From an uncultured delta proteobacterium (GTDB taxonomy: Bacteria; Myxococcota_A; Polyangia; Polyangiales; Polyangiaceae), in NCBI GenBank assembly GCA_963716725.1, contig CAVQUB010000013.1:256001-320000 (forward strand): a stretch of DNA of 64,000 nucleotides, written 5' to 3'. Every line of letters begins with the position of its first letter. The first letter of the stretch is position 1. Below are positions 8,987-18,332 of this stretch, piece by piece. The notes beneath the pieces are model-generated. The model saw nothing but the letters and a program-made list of their open reading frames with translations, was not told the DNA's origin and searched no databases. The position numbers and the translations under genes were made by a program.

Positions 8987-10321
8987 ATGGCTGGCACGAT
9001 CTCGTTCGGCGGAATCGGATCCGGGCTCGACACCGAGGGCATCGTCCAGGGCCTGGTGTCGGCGAGCAGCGCTGGGCTCAGCTCGCTCAAGAGCCGTGCC
9101 GCGGCGACCCGGTCCGCTGTCTCCACCCTGTCCGAGGTCGGAAGTCTCCTCGGCAAGCTGAAGTCTGCGCTCGGTGCGTTGTCGGACGACAGCGGCGTCA
9201 AGAGCTACAAAGCGTCCTCCAGCAGCTCCGCCCTGGTCGCTTCCGCGAGCTCGGCGGCCCAGACGGGCGCTTGGTCCGTCCAAGTACAGCAACTCGCCAA
9301 AGAGCAGCGGAGCTATTCGTCCGCCTTCTCGAGCTCGAGCGCTGCCCTCGGTCAGTCGGGGACCTTGAGCCTTCAGGTGGGGTCGGGAGACGTGAAGAAC
9401 ATCTCCATTGCGGCCGATGACACCCTCGACTCCCTGGTCACGAAGATCGGCGCCTCGGGCGCCCGCGTCAGCGCGGCCGTGCTCTTCGATGGCACCGACT
9501 ATCGCCTGCAAGTCAGAGGACTGGACACTGGCGCCGACAACGCGCTGACGTTCTCCGAAACCGGGACGAGCTTCGGGCTGACCTTGCCCGGAAGCGTGGT
9601 TCAGGCCGCGCAGAACTCTCAGGTGGTGATCGACGGCTTCACCATCAGCCGGCCGTCGAATCAGGTGGCGGGAGCCCTGCCGGGCGTGACGCTCAATCTG
9701 ACCCAGACGACCACCGAGCCGGTGACGGTGAACGTGGACGCTGACTCCGCGGCGCTCAAGACCAAGCTCGAGAGCTTCGTCAGCGCCTACAACGCGGTAG
9801 TGAGCAAGGTCCACCAGAGCGCCGGCTTCGGGACGATCAAGGCTCAGAACCCGGTGCTGGCGGCTGACTCGTTGCTGCGCAACATCACCGGGCAGCTCGG
9901 GAACGCCGTCTTGAACGCCGTGGCCGATTCGGGCACGCACGGCACCTTGTCAGCGCTCGGCGTGAGCGTGACCAAAGACGGCTCGCTCACGCTCGACTCT
10001 ACCAAGCTCGACAAGGCGCTGGCGAGCGACGCGGCCAGCGTGGTCAAGGTCTTGGCCGGTGTGTCCGGCGACGACGGCGCAATGGATGTTCTGTCCGGGG
10101 TAGTCGACTCCTTCAACCAGACCGGCTCGGGGCTGCTCGCCACCAAGAAAGAGACCCTGGAGCAGCGCGCGAAGACCATCGATTCCCGCGTGGATCGGGA
10201 GCAGCAACACCTGGACTGGTACGCAGAGATGCTCCGCCGTCAGTTCTCGGTCATGGACGGCAGCGTCGCAGGCTCGAACGCCCAAACCGACTACTTGACC
10301 GCCATCATGAAGCTCAAGTGA
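8987..10321 (+). CDS. fliD: Flagellar filament cap protein
   Basis: ISFGGIGSGLDTEGIV, VQQLAKEQ, LESFVSAYNAV, LRRQFSVMD. Confidence 0.95.
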   Translation: MAGTISFGGIGSGLDTEGIVQGLVSASSAGLSSLKSRAAATRSAVSTLSEVGSLLGKLKSALGALSDDSGVKSYKASSSSSALVASASSAAQTGAWSVQVQQLAKEQRSYSSAFSSSSAALGQSGTLSLQVGSGDVKNISIAADDTLDSLVTKIGASGARVSAAVLFDGTDYRLQVRGLDTGADNALTFSETGTSFGLTLPGSVVQAAQNSQVVIDGFTISRPSNQVAGALPGVTLNLTQTTTEPVTVNVDADSAALKTKLESFVSAYNAVVSKVHQSAGFGTIKAQNPVLAADSLLRNITGQLGNAVLNAVADSGTHGTLSALGVSVTKDGSLTLDSTKLDKALASDAASVVKVLAGVSGDDGAMDVLSGVVDSFNQTGSGLLATKKETLEQRAKTIDSRVDREQQHLDWYAEMLRRQFSVMDGSVAGSNAQTDYLTAIMKLK

Positions 10322-10340
10322 CACGCAGAAGGAGTCGAAG

Positions 10341-10739
10341 ATGCACCCCGCCGCCGTTCGCTATCAGCAGGTCCGCGCCACGACCTCGAGCCCGGGCGAA
10401 ATCCTGATCGCGCTCTACGACGGGCTGTTCCGCTTTCTCAAAGGAGCGCGCCTCCAGCTGGAGCGCGGGGAGCGCGCTCGCGCTGCCGAGCTCTTGTCGA
10501 AGTCCTACGCCATCGTCAGCGAACTCTACATCGCCCTCGACCACTCGGTGCATCCCGAGTTGTGCGCGAATCTGGAGGGGCTCTACGGCTTCGCGATGGA
10601 CCGAATCACGCAAGCGAGCCGGCAGGGCTCCGTCGACTGCATCGACGAAGTGGTGCGCGTGCTGACGCCAATGCGCGATGCATGGCGGCTCGCGGTCCCC
10701 AAGGCAGTACTGGACGCGGCGAAGGATGGGGGAGAGTAG
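10341..10739 (+). CDS. fliS: Flagellin export chaperone
   Basis: YQQV..TTSSPGEILIALYDG...NLEGLYGF...MRDAW. Confidence 0.93.
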   Translation: MHPAAVRYQQVRATTSSPGEILIALYDGLFRFLKGARLQLERGERARAAELLSKSYAIVSELYIALDHSVHPELCANLEGLYGFAMDRITQASRQGSVDCIDEVVRVLTPMRDAWRLAVPKAVLDAAKDGGE

Positions 10740-10741
10740 TG

Positions 10742-12079
10742 ATGTCGGCCAGTGTATCGCGAGTCAGCAGCGCGCCTCTCGACGGGGTGTTGCCGCCCAG
10801 GTACGTGGCAGGCGGTAGTCGCTCGGAGGTCTTCGCCCACTTCCCGTCGGGTCTCATCGTCCGCGCTGGGCGCGGCCGCGCGCGGACCTACCCCGGGCTG
10901 CGCGGGGCGGCCCCGCCGACCACGGTGTTTTATGGGATCGCATGCCAGCTTCCCGACGTCGAAAGCGTATTGGACCTGGGCTGTGGCTCCGGGGACGGGA
11001 CGCGCCGGCTGTGCGCTAGATTCCCTTCCGTCACGGGCCTCGACTCGAGCGCGGAGGCGTTGGTCTTCGCTCGCGAATGGTGCCCGCGGGCCCACTTCGC
11101 TCAGGCCGACGCCACCGGGGCGCTCGATGCACCGCTCTTCGATGCAGCCGTCGTCGCCGATCTGCTGGGGCATTTGAGAGATCCCGAGGGCGCACTCCGC
11201 GGCCTGCGCAATCGACTCGCTCCCCAAGGACGACTGTTGGTGGCCGAGCCTCGGGCCATTCCCCTCCAACGGCTCGCCAGTCCGGCACGCCGCGCCCACT
11301 CTCTGCGGTCGCTCGAAGCACTGCTGGTCCGAGGGGGATTCGCCGTGCGCGACTGGATCTCCAAACGAGGCAGCTTCGTTGCTTGCATCGCCGAACCCGA
11401 CACGAGCGCTGGCGCCACAGCGCTGCTCTCGGGCCTGGATGCGCTCGCGGCGGGCGACGCCGCCGCCGCGCGCTCCGCCTTCGCGAGCGCCACCGAATAC
11501 GGCTCACGAGCCATCGCTTGCGAGGCGCTGCTGGCCAGCGCCCGAGCCGCGCTGGCCCTGGGCGAGGGCGACGTGGCTGCGCAGGCTTTGATGGCGGCGG
11601 CAGCGCTCGACAACGCCGACGCCCGGCCGCTGGCGGGACTGGCGGAACTGTCATTTTTGACCAACGACCTGCCGACGGCCCTTCGTCTCGGTCTCGATGC
11701 CGTGCAGCTGGAGGCTACCGAGCCCACCGCCGCGCGGGTCGCCGCGTTCGCCGCGCTCGCGCTCGACCATCGCGACGCGATGAGCGCCATCCGGGTCGCA
11801 AACAACTTGGCGCCGGACGACTTCGACGTGGCTCGCGCGCTCTCGGAGGCCGCGGCCTGCCTGGGCGATGGCGGCCCAGGGGTGGCGGCGCTGGAGCGAG
11901 TACGTTCCTATGGAGACGACGTCGGCGCCGCGTTGCATGTCGAGCTGGCCAGGGCGCTGTTTGCCCAAGGCCGGCGCGCCGATGCCGAGCTCGAGGCCCG
12001 ACTTGCGCGCGCGCGCCACCCCGACGACCCCGAGGTGATCGAGCTGTGGAACTCGCTCCCGGGTCGAGTCGCGCACTGA
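10742..12079 (+). CDS. Class I SAM-dependent methyltransferase fused to TPR-like repeats
   Basis: VLDLGCGSG motif I, HLRDP motif, Ala/Leu-rich helical repeats in the C-terminal half. Confidence 0.75.
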   Translation: MSASVSRVSSAPLDGVLPPRYVAGGSRSEVFAHFPSGLIVRAGRGRARTYPGLRGAAPPTTVFYGIACQLPDVESVLDLGCGSGDGTRRLCARFPSVTGLDSSAEALVFAREWCPRAHFAQADATGALDAPLFDAAVVADLLGHLRDPEGALRGLRNRLAPQGRLLVAEPRAIPLQRLASPARRAHSLRSLEALLVRGGFAVRDWISKRGSFVACIAEPDTSAGATALLSGLDALAAGDAAAARSAFASATEYGSRAIACEALLASARAALALGEGDVAAQALMAAAALDNADARPLAGLAELSFLTNDLPTALRLGLDAVQLEATEPTAARVAAFAALALDHRDAMSAIRVANNLAPDDFDVARALSEAAACLGDGGPGVAALERVRSYGDDVGAALHVELARALFAQGRRADAELEARLARARHPDDPEVIELWNSLPGRVAH

Positions 12080-12164
12080 GTTCAGTCGACGCGCCGCCGG
12101 CGGGCGAGGGCGCCCCAGGGCCGCGCATGCACGGCAGGTCGCGCTCGACGAGCCACGCGGCCAC

Positions 12165-13679
12165 TCACGCCACGCACTGCTCGGTCAGCTCGCTGGGCCT
12201 GGGCGCCTCGGATCGCTCGACTTCGACCCGGTTCCTCCCGCCGCGCTTCGCGACATAGAGTGCGGAGTCAGCTCGATTGAAGAGCTCCGACGAGTCAGGC
12301 GGCCCTGCCATGGTGACGGCCACGCCGAAACTGGCGGTGACCGGCAAGGAGGTGCCGTCCTCCAACACGACGGGAGCGGCAGCGATGGCGTTGCGCAAGC
12401 GCTCGGCGACGACGCGCGCGCCCTCGATTTCCGTCACCGGCAGGAGCACGACGAACTCCTCGCCGCCGTAGCGGGCCGGCATGTCACCGGCTCGGAGCGC
12501 GCCGCGCAGCCTTTGCGCCACCGCGCGCAGGGTCTCGTCGCCCGCGGCGTGCCCGTAGGTGTCGTTGACGCGCTTGAAGAGGTCGATGTCCACCATGATC
12601 AGCGAAACGGGCGTCTTTGCGCGGACCGAGCGCGCGAGCTCGCGGGCCAACGCCTCGCGAAACGCTCGATTGTTGGGCAACTCTGTCAGCGAATCCGTGG
12701 CGGCCGCCGCCGAGAGCCGCGCGTTGGCGGACCGCAGCTCGTCGGCCACCAGCTCTTTCTCCGCCATGACCTGCTCGAGTCTGCGCAGGACCGACTCGTA
12801 CTCCAGATTCAGATTGACCAATGCCTGATGCGCGCCTGCGGCCAGCTCCCCGATGCTGCGCTGCGGCTCCAGCTCGCGGTCCAGGAGCGAAGCCGCAGCC
12901 ACAAACTCGACCGGAAAACCCGCTACCAGGTTCCCCGCTTCTTGCCGGTTCAGTCCTACGAGCTCGAGACAAGCCAGGGCGTCATCAGTTGTGGCCCCGT
13001 GAGACTCGAAGACGCCCGCCAAACGTTCGGCGGCCCACGCGATTCGTCCCAGGGGGCTGTCGGGCGGCTCCGGAACATGGTGCATCCGGATCGCGTCCAC
13101 GACGTCGTCGGAGAGTCGAAACGATGACGCGAACTCCGCGCCGACCTCTGGGTGCGGTCGGATGCCGTCGGCTCGCTCCAGGAGCGGCCGGTGGTGAGCG
13201 GGTCGCCGCGCCAGCTCGAGGGCACCTTGAAAGTCTTCCCGGGCGCGCACCAGTAGCCCCACCTCCAAGAACAACCCTAGGGTGAAGGCCGCGTCCGGAT
13301 CACAGAGCCGCGTCGCGCGCGCCACGCACCGAGCCGCCGCCGCCCGTCGGATGCAGTTCGCGAGGAGCACCACGCCGTCGGCAGTTGGGACCATGTCGGA
13401 GAGCGCGAGGCTGAGCCCCAGGTTGCGCAGGCTCCGAATCCCGATCAGGCTCACTGCCTGGCGAACGTCCGTGACGCGGCGCGACAGCCCAAACGCGGCG
13501 CTGTTCACGCAGGTCAAGAGCTTCGCGGCGAAGGCCGGATCGCTCTGGGCGAGGGACGAGAGCTTCGACACCTCGACGTCCGGCTTGATCGACTCCTCCA
13601 CGATTTGCGCCGCGATCAGCGCGATGGGACCGGAGGCTGGCTGGCTGTTGGTCGACACCCTCTTTTCCCGCCTTCCCAA
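12165..13679 (-). CDS. HDOD-GGDEF diguanylate cyclase
   Basis: DPAFAAKLL..VNSAAFGL (HDOD), coiled coil, DSLTELPNNR, DIDLFKRVNDTYGHAAGD, RAGD I-site, GGEEF. Confidence 0.92.
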   Translation of the reverse strand: MGRREKRVSTNSQPASGPIALIAAQIVEESIKPDVEVSKLSSLAQSDPAFAAKLLTCVNSAAFGLSRRVTDVRQAVSLIGIRSLRNLGLSLALSDMVPTADGVVLLANCIRRAAAARCVARATRLCDPDAAFTLGLFLEVGLLVRAREDFQGALELARRPAHHRPLLERADGIRPHPEVGAEFASSFRLSDDVVDAIRMHHVPEPPDSPLGRIAWAAERLAGVFESHGATTDDALACLELVGLNRQEAGNLVAGFPVEFVAAASLLDRELEPQRSIGELAAGAHQALVNLNLEYESVLRRLEQVMAEKELVADELRSANARLSAAAATDSLTELPNNRAFREALARELARSVRAKTPVSLIMVDIDLFKRVNDTYGHAAGDETLRAVAQRLRGALRAGDMPARYGGEEFVVLLPVTEIEGARVVAERLRNAIAAAPVVLEDGTSLPVTASFGVAVTMAGPPDSSELFNRADSALYVAKRGGRNRVEVERSEAPRPSELTEQCVA

Positions 13680-13691
13680 GCCCGAACGGCA

Positions 13692-14504
13692 CTAGCGGGC
13701 CGAGCTTGAGGCCGGCGCTGTCGCAGGCCCGCCGTCCGGACGCTCCGGCTCCTCCGAGGTCGCCGCGATCAGAACCACATCCACCCGGCGATTCTGCGCC
13801 CGCCCCTCCGACGAGTCGTTGGCCGCGACCGGGCGGAACTCGCCGTAGCCCGCCGCCGCGAACCGCTCGGGCGCCATCTTACACGCCTCGACGAAGTAAC
13901 GAACGACCGAAGTCGACCGCCCCGCCGACAGCTCCCAGTTGGATTGGTACCGGATGTTCTTGATCGGCACGTTGTCGGTGTGCCCCTCCACGCGGAGCTC
14001 GAGTTCGCGGCCCTTGAGGGCGTCGGCGATGCCCGAAAGCGCGGCCTGGCCGTCGTCGTTCACTCGAGTATCTCCACTCTCGAAGAGCAGCTGCTCGGGA
14101 AGCCGCAGCACCAGCTCGTCCCGATACTCGATGACCTGCAGGTCTCGCAGCTCCGGCACGGACTTGAATTTCTCTCTCAGCTCTCGGCCCAGCGGGGACT
14201 CGTCGACGCGAACACGCGAGTTGTGTCCGAGCACCGCCTTGCCCACCGGCTTGACGCTCTGTCCCACCAGCGGCTGGATGCGCTTGTCCGCTGGCATGAA
14301 CCCCTTTCCTCCCTTGGCGTCGAAGACCTGCCACTCCAGGGCGTCGGTGAACGACTCGGTGAAGCGCCCGACCTGCTTGGTGTCCACCTGGGACACCGCG
14401 AACATGACCACGAAGAACGCGAAGAGCAGGGTGATGAAGTCTGCGTAGCTGATCAGCCAGCGCTCGTGATTGACGTGCTCCGGCGGCTTCTTTTTGCGAG
14501 CCAT
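13692..14504 (-). CDS. motB: Flagellar stator protein MotB
   Basis: WLISYADFITLLFAFFVVMF; OmpA-like VEGHTDN, NWELS, NRRV. Confidence 0.96.
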   Translation of the reverse strand: MARKKKPPEHVNHERWLISYADFITLLFAFFVVMFAVSQVDTKQVGRFTESFTDALEWQVFDAKGGKGFMPADKRIQPLVGQSVKPVGKAVLGHNSRVRVDESPLGRELREKFKSVPELRDLQVIEYRDELVLRLPEQLLFESGDTRVNDDGQAALSGIADALKGRELELRVEGHTDNVPIKNIRYQSNWELSAGRSTSVVRYFVEACKMAPERFAAAGYGEFRPVAANDSSEGRAQNRRVDVVLIAATSEEPERPDGGPATAPASSSAR

Positions 14505-14514
14505 GGCCGCCCGC

Positions 14515-15324
14515 TCAAGCCGCCACGCTCTTCGGCGCGGCCCCGGCGGGAGCGCCGTCTTTGCCCTTGGCGCTGGGGCCCTCGTGGGGCACGAGGCCTT
14601 CCAGGCGCTCGCGCAGCACCATTGGGTTCACTCCTTGCTGGATACCGAGTGCACCCTCCAACATCAGGGTCAGGGTCTGAACATGATCGCGGGTCCGGAT
14701 CTTCATCTTGCCGCCGCAAGGGAGCGCGATGATGTTCGCGATGGCAACGCCGTAGATGGTCGCGACGAAGGCCGTCGCGATGCCATGTCCGACCTTCTCG
14801 ATGTCCGACAGGTTCTGCATCACCTGGATCAGACCGAGCACGGCGCCGATGATGCCAACCGTCGGGGCGTAGCCGCCAATGGCTTCGAACACCTTCGCCA
14901 CGTCCTCGCCTTGTTCCTCGGCATGGTCAATGGTGGATTCCAGGGTCTGCGTCATCTGATTGCTGTCGGCGCCGTCGACCGCCAGCATCAGCGCTCGCGC
15001 CAAGAAGGGATCGGACGCGTTTGGTGCCACCGACTCGAGCGCCAGGATCCCGTCGCGACGCGCGGTGGTCGCGTAGCCCACGATCTCCTCGATCAGCTCC
15101 TTGGCTCGGCTCTTGGGAGGGTTGATCACGAGCTTGAAGCTCTTCATCGCCCGCACGAAGGTGCCCATGGGGAACTGAAGCATGGTCGCACCGATGGTCC
15201 CACCAGCGACGATGCCGAACGCGATGGGGTTGAGAACCTGCGACATCTTGCCGCCTTCGAGCACGTTTCCGCCGAAGATGGCCAGCAAGCCCAACGCCAG
15301 TCCAAATATTGAGGCCTTGTCCAT
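14515..15324 (-). CDS. motA: Flagellar stator protein MotA
   Basis: ARRDGILALE, YAPTVGIIGAVLGLI, IATAFVATIYGV. Confidence 0.96.
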   Translation of the reverse strand: MDKASIFGLALGLLAIFGGNVLEGGKMSQVLNPIAFGIVAGGTIGATMLQFPMGTFVRAMKSFKLVINPPKSRAKELIEEIVGYATTARRDGILALESVAPNASDPFLARALMLAVDGADSNQMTQTLESTIDHAEEQGEDVAKVFEAIGGYAPTVGIIGAVLGLIQVMQNLSDIEKVGHGIATAFVATIYGVAIANIIALPCGGKMKIRTRDHVQTLTLMLEGALGIQQGVNPMVLRERLEGLVPHEGPSAKGKDGAPAGAAPKSVAA

Positions 15325-15325
15325 C

Positions 15326-15586
15326 TCACTCCTCGTCGTCTTTGCACTCGTCGAGCTGCTGGGTGACCTGTCTCGAAGGAGGGTGCGCGCTCCCCGGCCC
15401 TAGCGGTTGATGCACGGATCGACGGAAGTTCACGACCCTCGCCATCACCTCGTCGAGGGACTCCCGCACCATGATCCGATCCCCGTTCAAGAATTCCATA
15501 GTCGTATCCGGCGTCACCTCGATCCAGGTCACGAGGTCCGGGTTGATGGCGATCACGCCGCCATTGAGCCTTGTCAGTTGGATCAT
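15326..15586 (-). CDS. flbD: FlbD/SwrD family flagellar protein
   Basis: MIQLTRLNG...INPDLV..IEVTPDT...NG..I.VRES; upstream of motA. Confidence 0.9.
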   Translation of the reverse strand: MIQLTRLNGGVIAINPDLVTWIEVTPDTTMEFLNGDRIMVRESLDEVMARVVNFRRSVHQPLGPGSAHPPSRQVTQQLDECKDDEE

Positions 15587-16662
15587 GCTTCGGGTTTCCG
15601 GGTGAGCTCGGCCTCTACGACCTCGCAGATCGCGTGCCAGCTCAGAATGTGCAGCTCCTGGATGCGCGGCGTCGATGTCGACGGCGCGCGAAACCGGAGT
15701 TCGGCGACGTCGGCGACTCGACCGCCACTGGCGCCGGTGAACGCCACGGGGATCGCCCCGATCTCCCGGGCTGCCTCCAGTGCGCGCACGACGTTCTTGG
15801 ATTGTCCGCTGGTGCTGATGCCAACCACGACGTCACCCGGACGTCCGAGTCCACGCACCTGCCGCGCGAAGACCTCGTCGAAGCTCCAATCGTTGCCGAT
15901 GGCGGTCAAGATGGACGAATCGGTGGTGAGCGCGACGGCCGGCCACGGCTCGCGCTCACGCGAGAACCGTCCCACCAACTCGGCGGCCACGTGCTGGGCG
16001 TCCGCTGCGCTCCCGCCGTTGCCGCAGAACATCGCCTTTTTCCCGGTTGAGATAGCCCGAACCAGGACCCGCGCTATTTCGCACAGCGTCGGGGTCGCTT
16101 CTTCGAGCATGCGCTGGTGCGCTTCGAGGCTCTCGCCCAAGGCCGCAGCGATGCCCCGACTGCGCTCGATGAGGTCGGCGTCACGGCCGACGATGCGCAG
16201 GACAATCTCGACCGCCTCCGCCACGGCGCCCGAACCGCCAGAGCGCGTGAGAACGCGATCCGCTCGCTCTCTCGCCTGACGAGAGGCATCGGCGGGGGCC
16301 AATGCGAGCCCTACGCTCGCGAACGCGGCTGCATCGCGGTCGGCGTCCCCGACGAAACACACGGTGTCGAGTTCGGCGTGCATGTCCCGCGCGAGCTGGC
16401 GCAGCGCCGCAGCCTTGTCCTTGGCGCCGCGGATGACTCGCTCCGCGCCGGTTCGCTGCGCGATGACATCGACCAGCGGGCCCTCCTCGCCGGTCACCAG
16501 TGCGATCCGAAGCCCGGCCCGGCGGGCCGCCGTGAGCGCATCGAGATCGCGGAACGCGATTCCCTTGCTCTCTTCCCCACCCGGCCCCAGCTCGACGCGC
16601 CCGTCGGTGAGCACGCCATCCACGTCCAGCGCCAGCACTTCCAATACGGACTGGGAAATCAT
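15583..16662 (-). CDS. Fusion of KdsC-family HAD phosphatase and GmhA-type phosphoheptose isomerase (SIS)
   Basis: N-terminal LDVDGVLTDG...VGD..D...SGGSGAVAE; C-terminal CGNGGSAADAQHVAAEL, AIGND, ISTSG, RIQELH; alternative TTG start at 16677. Confidence 0.9.
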   Translation of the reverse strand: MISQSVLEVLALDVDGVLTDGRVELGPGGEESKGIAFRDLDALTAARRAGLRIALVTGEEGPLVDVIAQRTGAERVIRGAKDKAAALRQLARDMHAELDTVCFVGDADRDAAAFASVGLALAPADASRQARERADRVLTRSGGSGAVAEAVEIVLRIVGRDADLIERSRGIAAALGESLEAHQRMLEEATPTLCEIARVLVRAISTGKKAMFCGNGGSAADAQHVAAELVGRFSREREPWPAVALTTDSSILTAIGNDWSFDEVFARQVRGLGRPGDVVVGISTSGQSKNVVRALEAAREIGAIPVAFTGASGGRVADVAELRFRAPSTSTPRIQELHILSWHAICEVVEAELTRKPEA

Positions 16663-16673
16663 GGTTTTTCCAA

Positions 16674-17417
16674 TCAAGCCGGGCGCCGCAGTCGCGACAC
16701 AGGCGCCTGAGGCCTCCGCGAATTTGTCAGTGCACGCTCGAGCGACGGGATCTGATCGGGGTAATCCAAGTCGAGCACGCGTTCGAAGATGACGAAGGGG
16801 AGGATGAGCGCGCCGTTCATCGAGTCCTGCTCGAGCACCCGCGGTCGGAGCACGTCCACGTAGCCATTTCCGCGGTACACGGGCGGCAGCTGTTGGCGCG
16901 GCATGTTGTGGGCCTCCGGCAGGCCGGAGACCGCCAGAACTGGGCGTAGCCTGCCGCCGTCGATGCAGTACATCTTGTAGGGGGTGTGCTCGGCGAGCTC
17001 GACCGACCGTAGTGAGTCGGCCTCGGGGTGCTTGATCATCTCGTCGATACCCCTATCGACCACGGCAGCCTCACGCGCGGGCTGGGTCGGGCGCAGGTGA
17101 ACGACCAAGTCGGGTTGATAGCCCTCAGCCGCGAGCCAACCCAGCGCGTGGCGGAAGACCTGCAAATCGGTTGCCTCGTCGGTAGCGTGCTCGGCCGGTC
17201 GGCGAAACGGCACCTCTGCGCCGGCCTTGGTGGCAACGTCGGCGATCTCCGGATCGTCCGTCGAGACGATGGTGCGGGTGATCCGGCGCGACGCCAGTGC
17301 CGTCTCAATCGTGTGCACGATCAGCGCTTTGCCAGCGATCGGCAGCAGGTTCTTGCGGGGGATCCCCTTGGAGCCTCCGCGGGCGGGGATCAGCGCCAAT
17401 ACCTCGAGCGAGGTCAT
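16674..17417 (-). CDS. neuA: Acylneuraminate (ulosonate) cytidylyltransferase
   Basis: ALIPARGGSKGIPRKN, VSTDD, LRPTQP, PRQQLP. Confidence 0.9.
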   Translation of the reverse strand: MTSLEVLALIPARGGSKGIPRKNLLPIAGKALIVHTIETALASRRITRTIVSTDDPEIADVATKAGAEVPFRRPAEHATDEATDLQVFRHALGWLAAEGYQPDLVVHLRPTQPAREAAVVDRGIDEMIKHPEADSLRSVELAEHTPYKMYCIDGGRLRPVLAVSGLPEAHNMPRQQLPPVYRGNGYVDVLRPRVLEQDSMNGALILPFVIFERVLDLDYPDQIPSLERALTNSRRPQAPVSRLRRPA

Positions 17418-17422
17418 CTTCC

Positions 17423-18289
17423 TCACGCCACTCGCCGCAGCTTGTTCATGATCGGGACCTCGTCCGAGCTCACCGTCTTCACGCCGTCGCCGAGGGCTCG
17501 CTCGACGGCACGAATGTCTCGAACCAGCTTCATCAAGCCTTGGGGCTCGACGCTGGCGGCCTGGTCGCTGCCCCACATGGCGCGATCCAGGGTGATGTGG
17601 CGCTCGACCATGCAAGCGCCCATGGCCACGGCGGCGAGGGATGTCGCCAGGCCGACCTCGTGTCCGGAGTAGCCGACAGGCACCCCGTAGCGCTCGGCGA
17701 GTTTGGGGATCATCCGCAGATTCAGGTCTTCCAGCTTGGCGGGGTAGGCGCTGGTCGTGTGGAGCAGAACCAGGTTCTCGGTGCCGAGCTGTTCGACAGC
17801 GCGATCGACTTGCTCCGTGGTGCTCATCCCGGTGGACATGATCAGCGGCCGACCGGTTCGTCGATGGTGAGCGAGTAGCTTCTCGTCGGTGAGGCAGGCC
17901 GAAGCGATCTTGTAGGCGGGTGGATTGAACTGCTCGATGAAGTCGACGCTTCGCTCGTCCCAACACGACGCGAACCAGGTCATGCTCTTGTCACGGCAAT
18001 ACCGCTGCATTTCCCAGTACTGTCCGAGCCCGAACTCGAGGCCTCGTTTCAGATCGCCATTCGTCTTTCCGAAGGGACTCTCGCGGGGACGAGCCAGCTC
18101 TTCTTCGCCGTACACGATCTCGAGGGTTCGCTTCTGGAACTTGACAGCCTGGCAGCCAGCGATGGCAGCGACGTCGACCAGACGCCGCGCAATGTCGATG
18201 TCGCCGTTATGGTTGATGCCGATCTCGGCAATCACGTAGCAAGGGGACCCCTCACCGATGCGTGCTCCGTTGATGATGACCTCGGGCAT
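17423..18289 (-). CDS. neuB: NeuB-family ulosonate synthase, short form without C-terminal SAF domain (288 aa)
   Basis: IAEIGINHNGD, AVKFQKR, YKIASA, MSTGMST, GYSGHE, ERHITLDRAMWGSDQAAS; GGAGG RBS. Confidence 0.92.
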   Translation of the reverse strand: MPEVIINGARIGEGSPCYVIAEIGINHNGDIDIARRLVDVAAIAGCQAVKFQKRTLEIVYGEEELARPRESPFGKTNGDLKRGLEFGLGQYWEMQRYCRDKSMTWFASCWDERSVDFIEQFNPPAYKIASACLTDEKLLAHHRRTGRPLIMSTGMSTTEQVDRAVEQLGTENLVLLHTTSAYPAKLEDLNLRMIPKLAERYGVPVGYSGHEVGLATSLAAVAMGACMVERHITLDRAMWGSDQAASVEPQGLMKLVRDIRAVERALGDGVKTVSSDEVPIMNKLRRVA

Positions 18290-18316
18290 GAACTGATTCC
18301 TCCGAAGAAGGGCGTT

Positions 18317-18332
18317 TGCAACCGCCGTGCCG
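18317..18332 (-). promoter_or_regulatory. Putative sigma54 promoter (CGGCACGGCGGTTGCA) of the neuB-neuA-HAD/SIS-flbD-motAB operon
   Basis: Intergenic, near-consensus GGCACG-N4-TTGCA. Confidence 0.72.
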
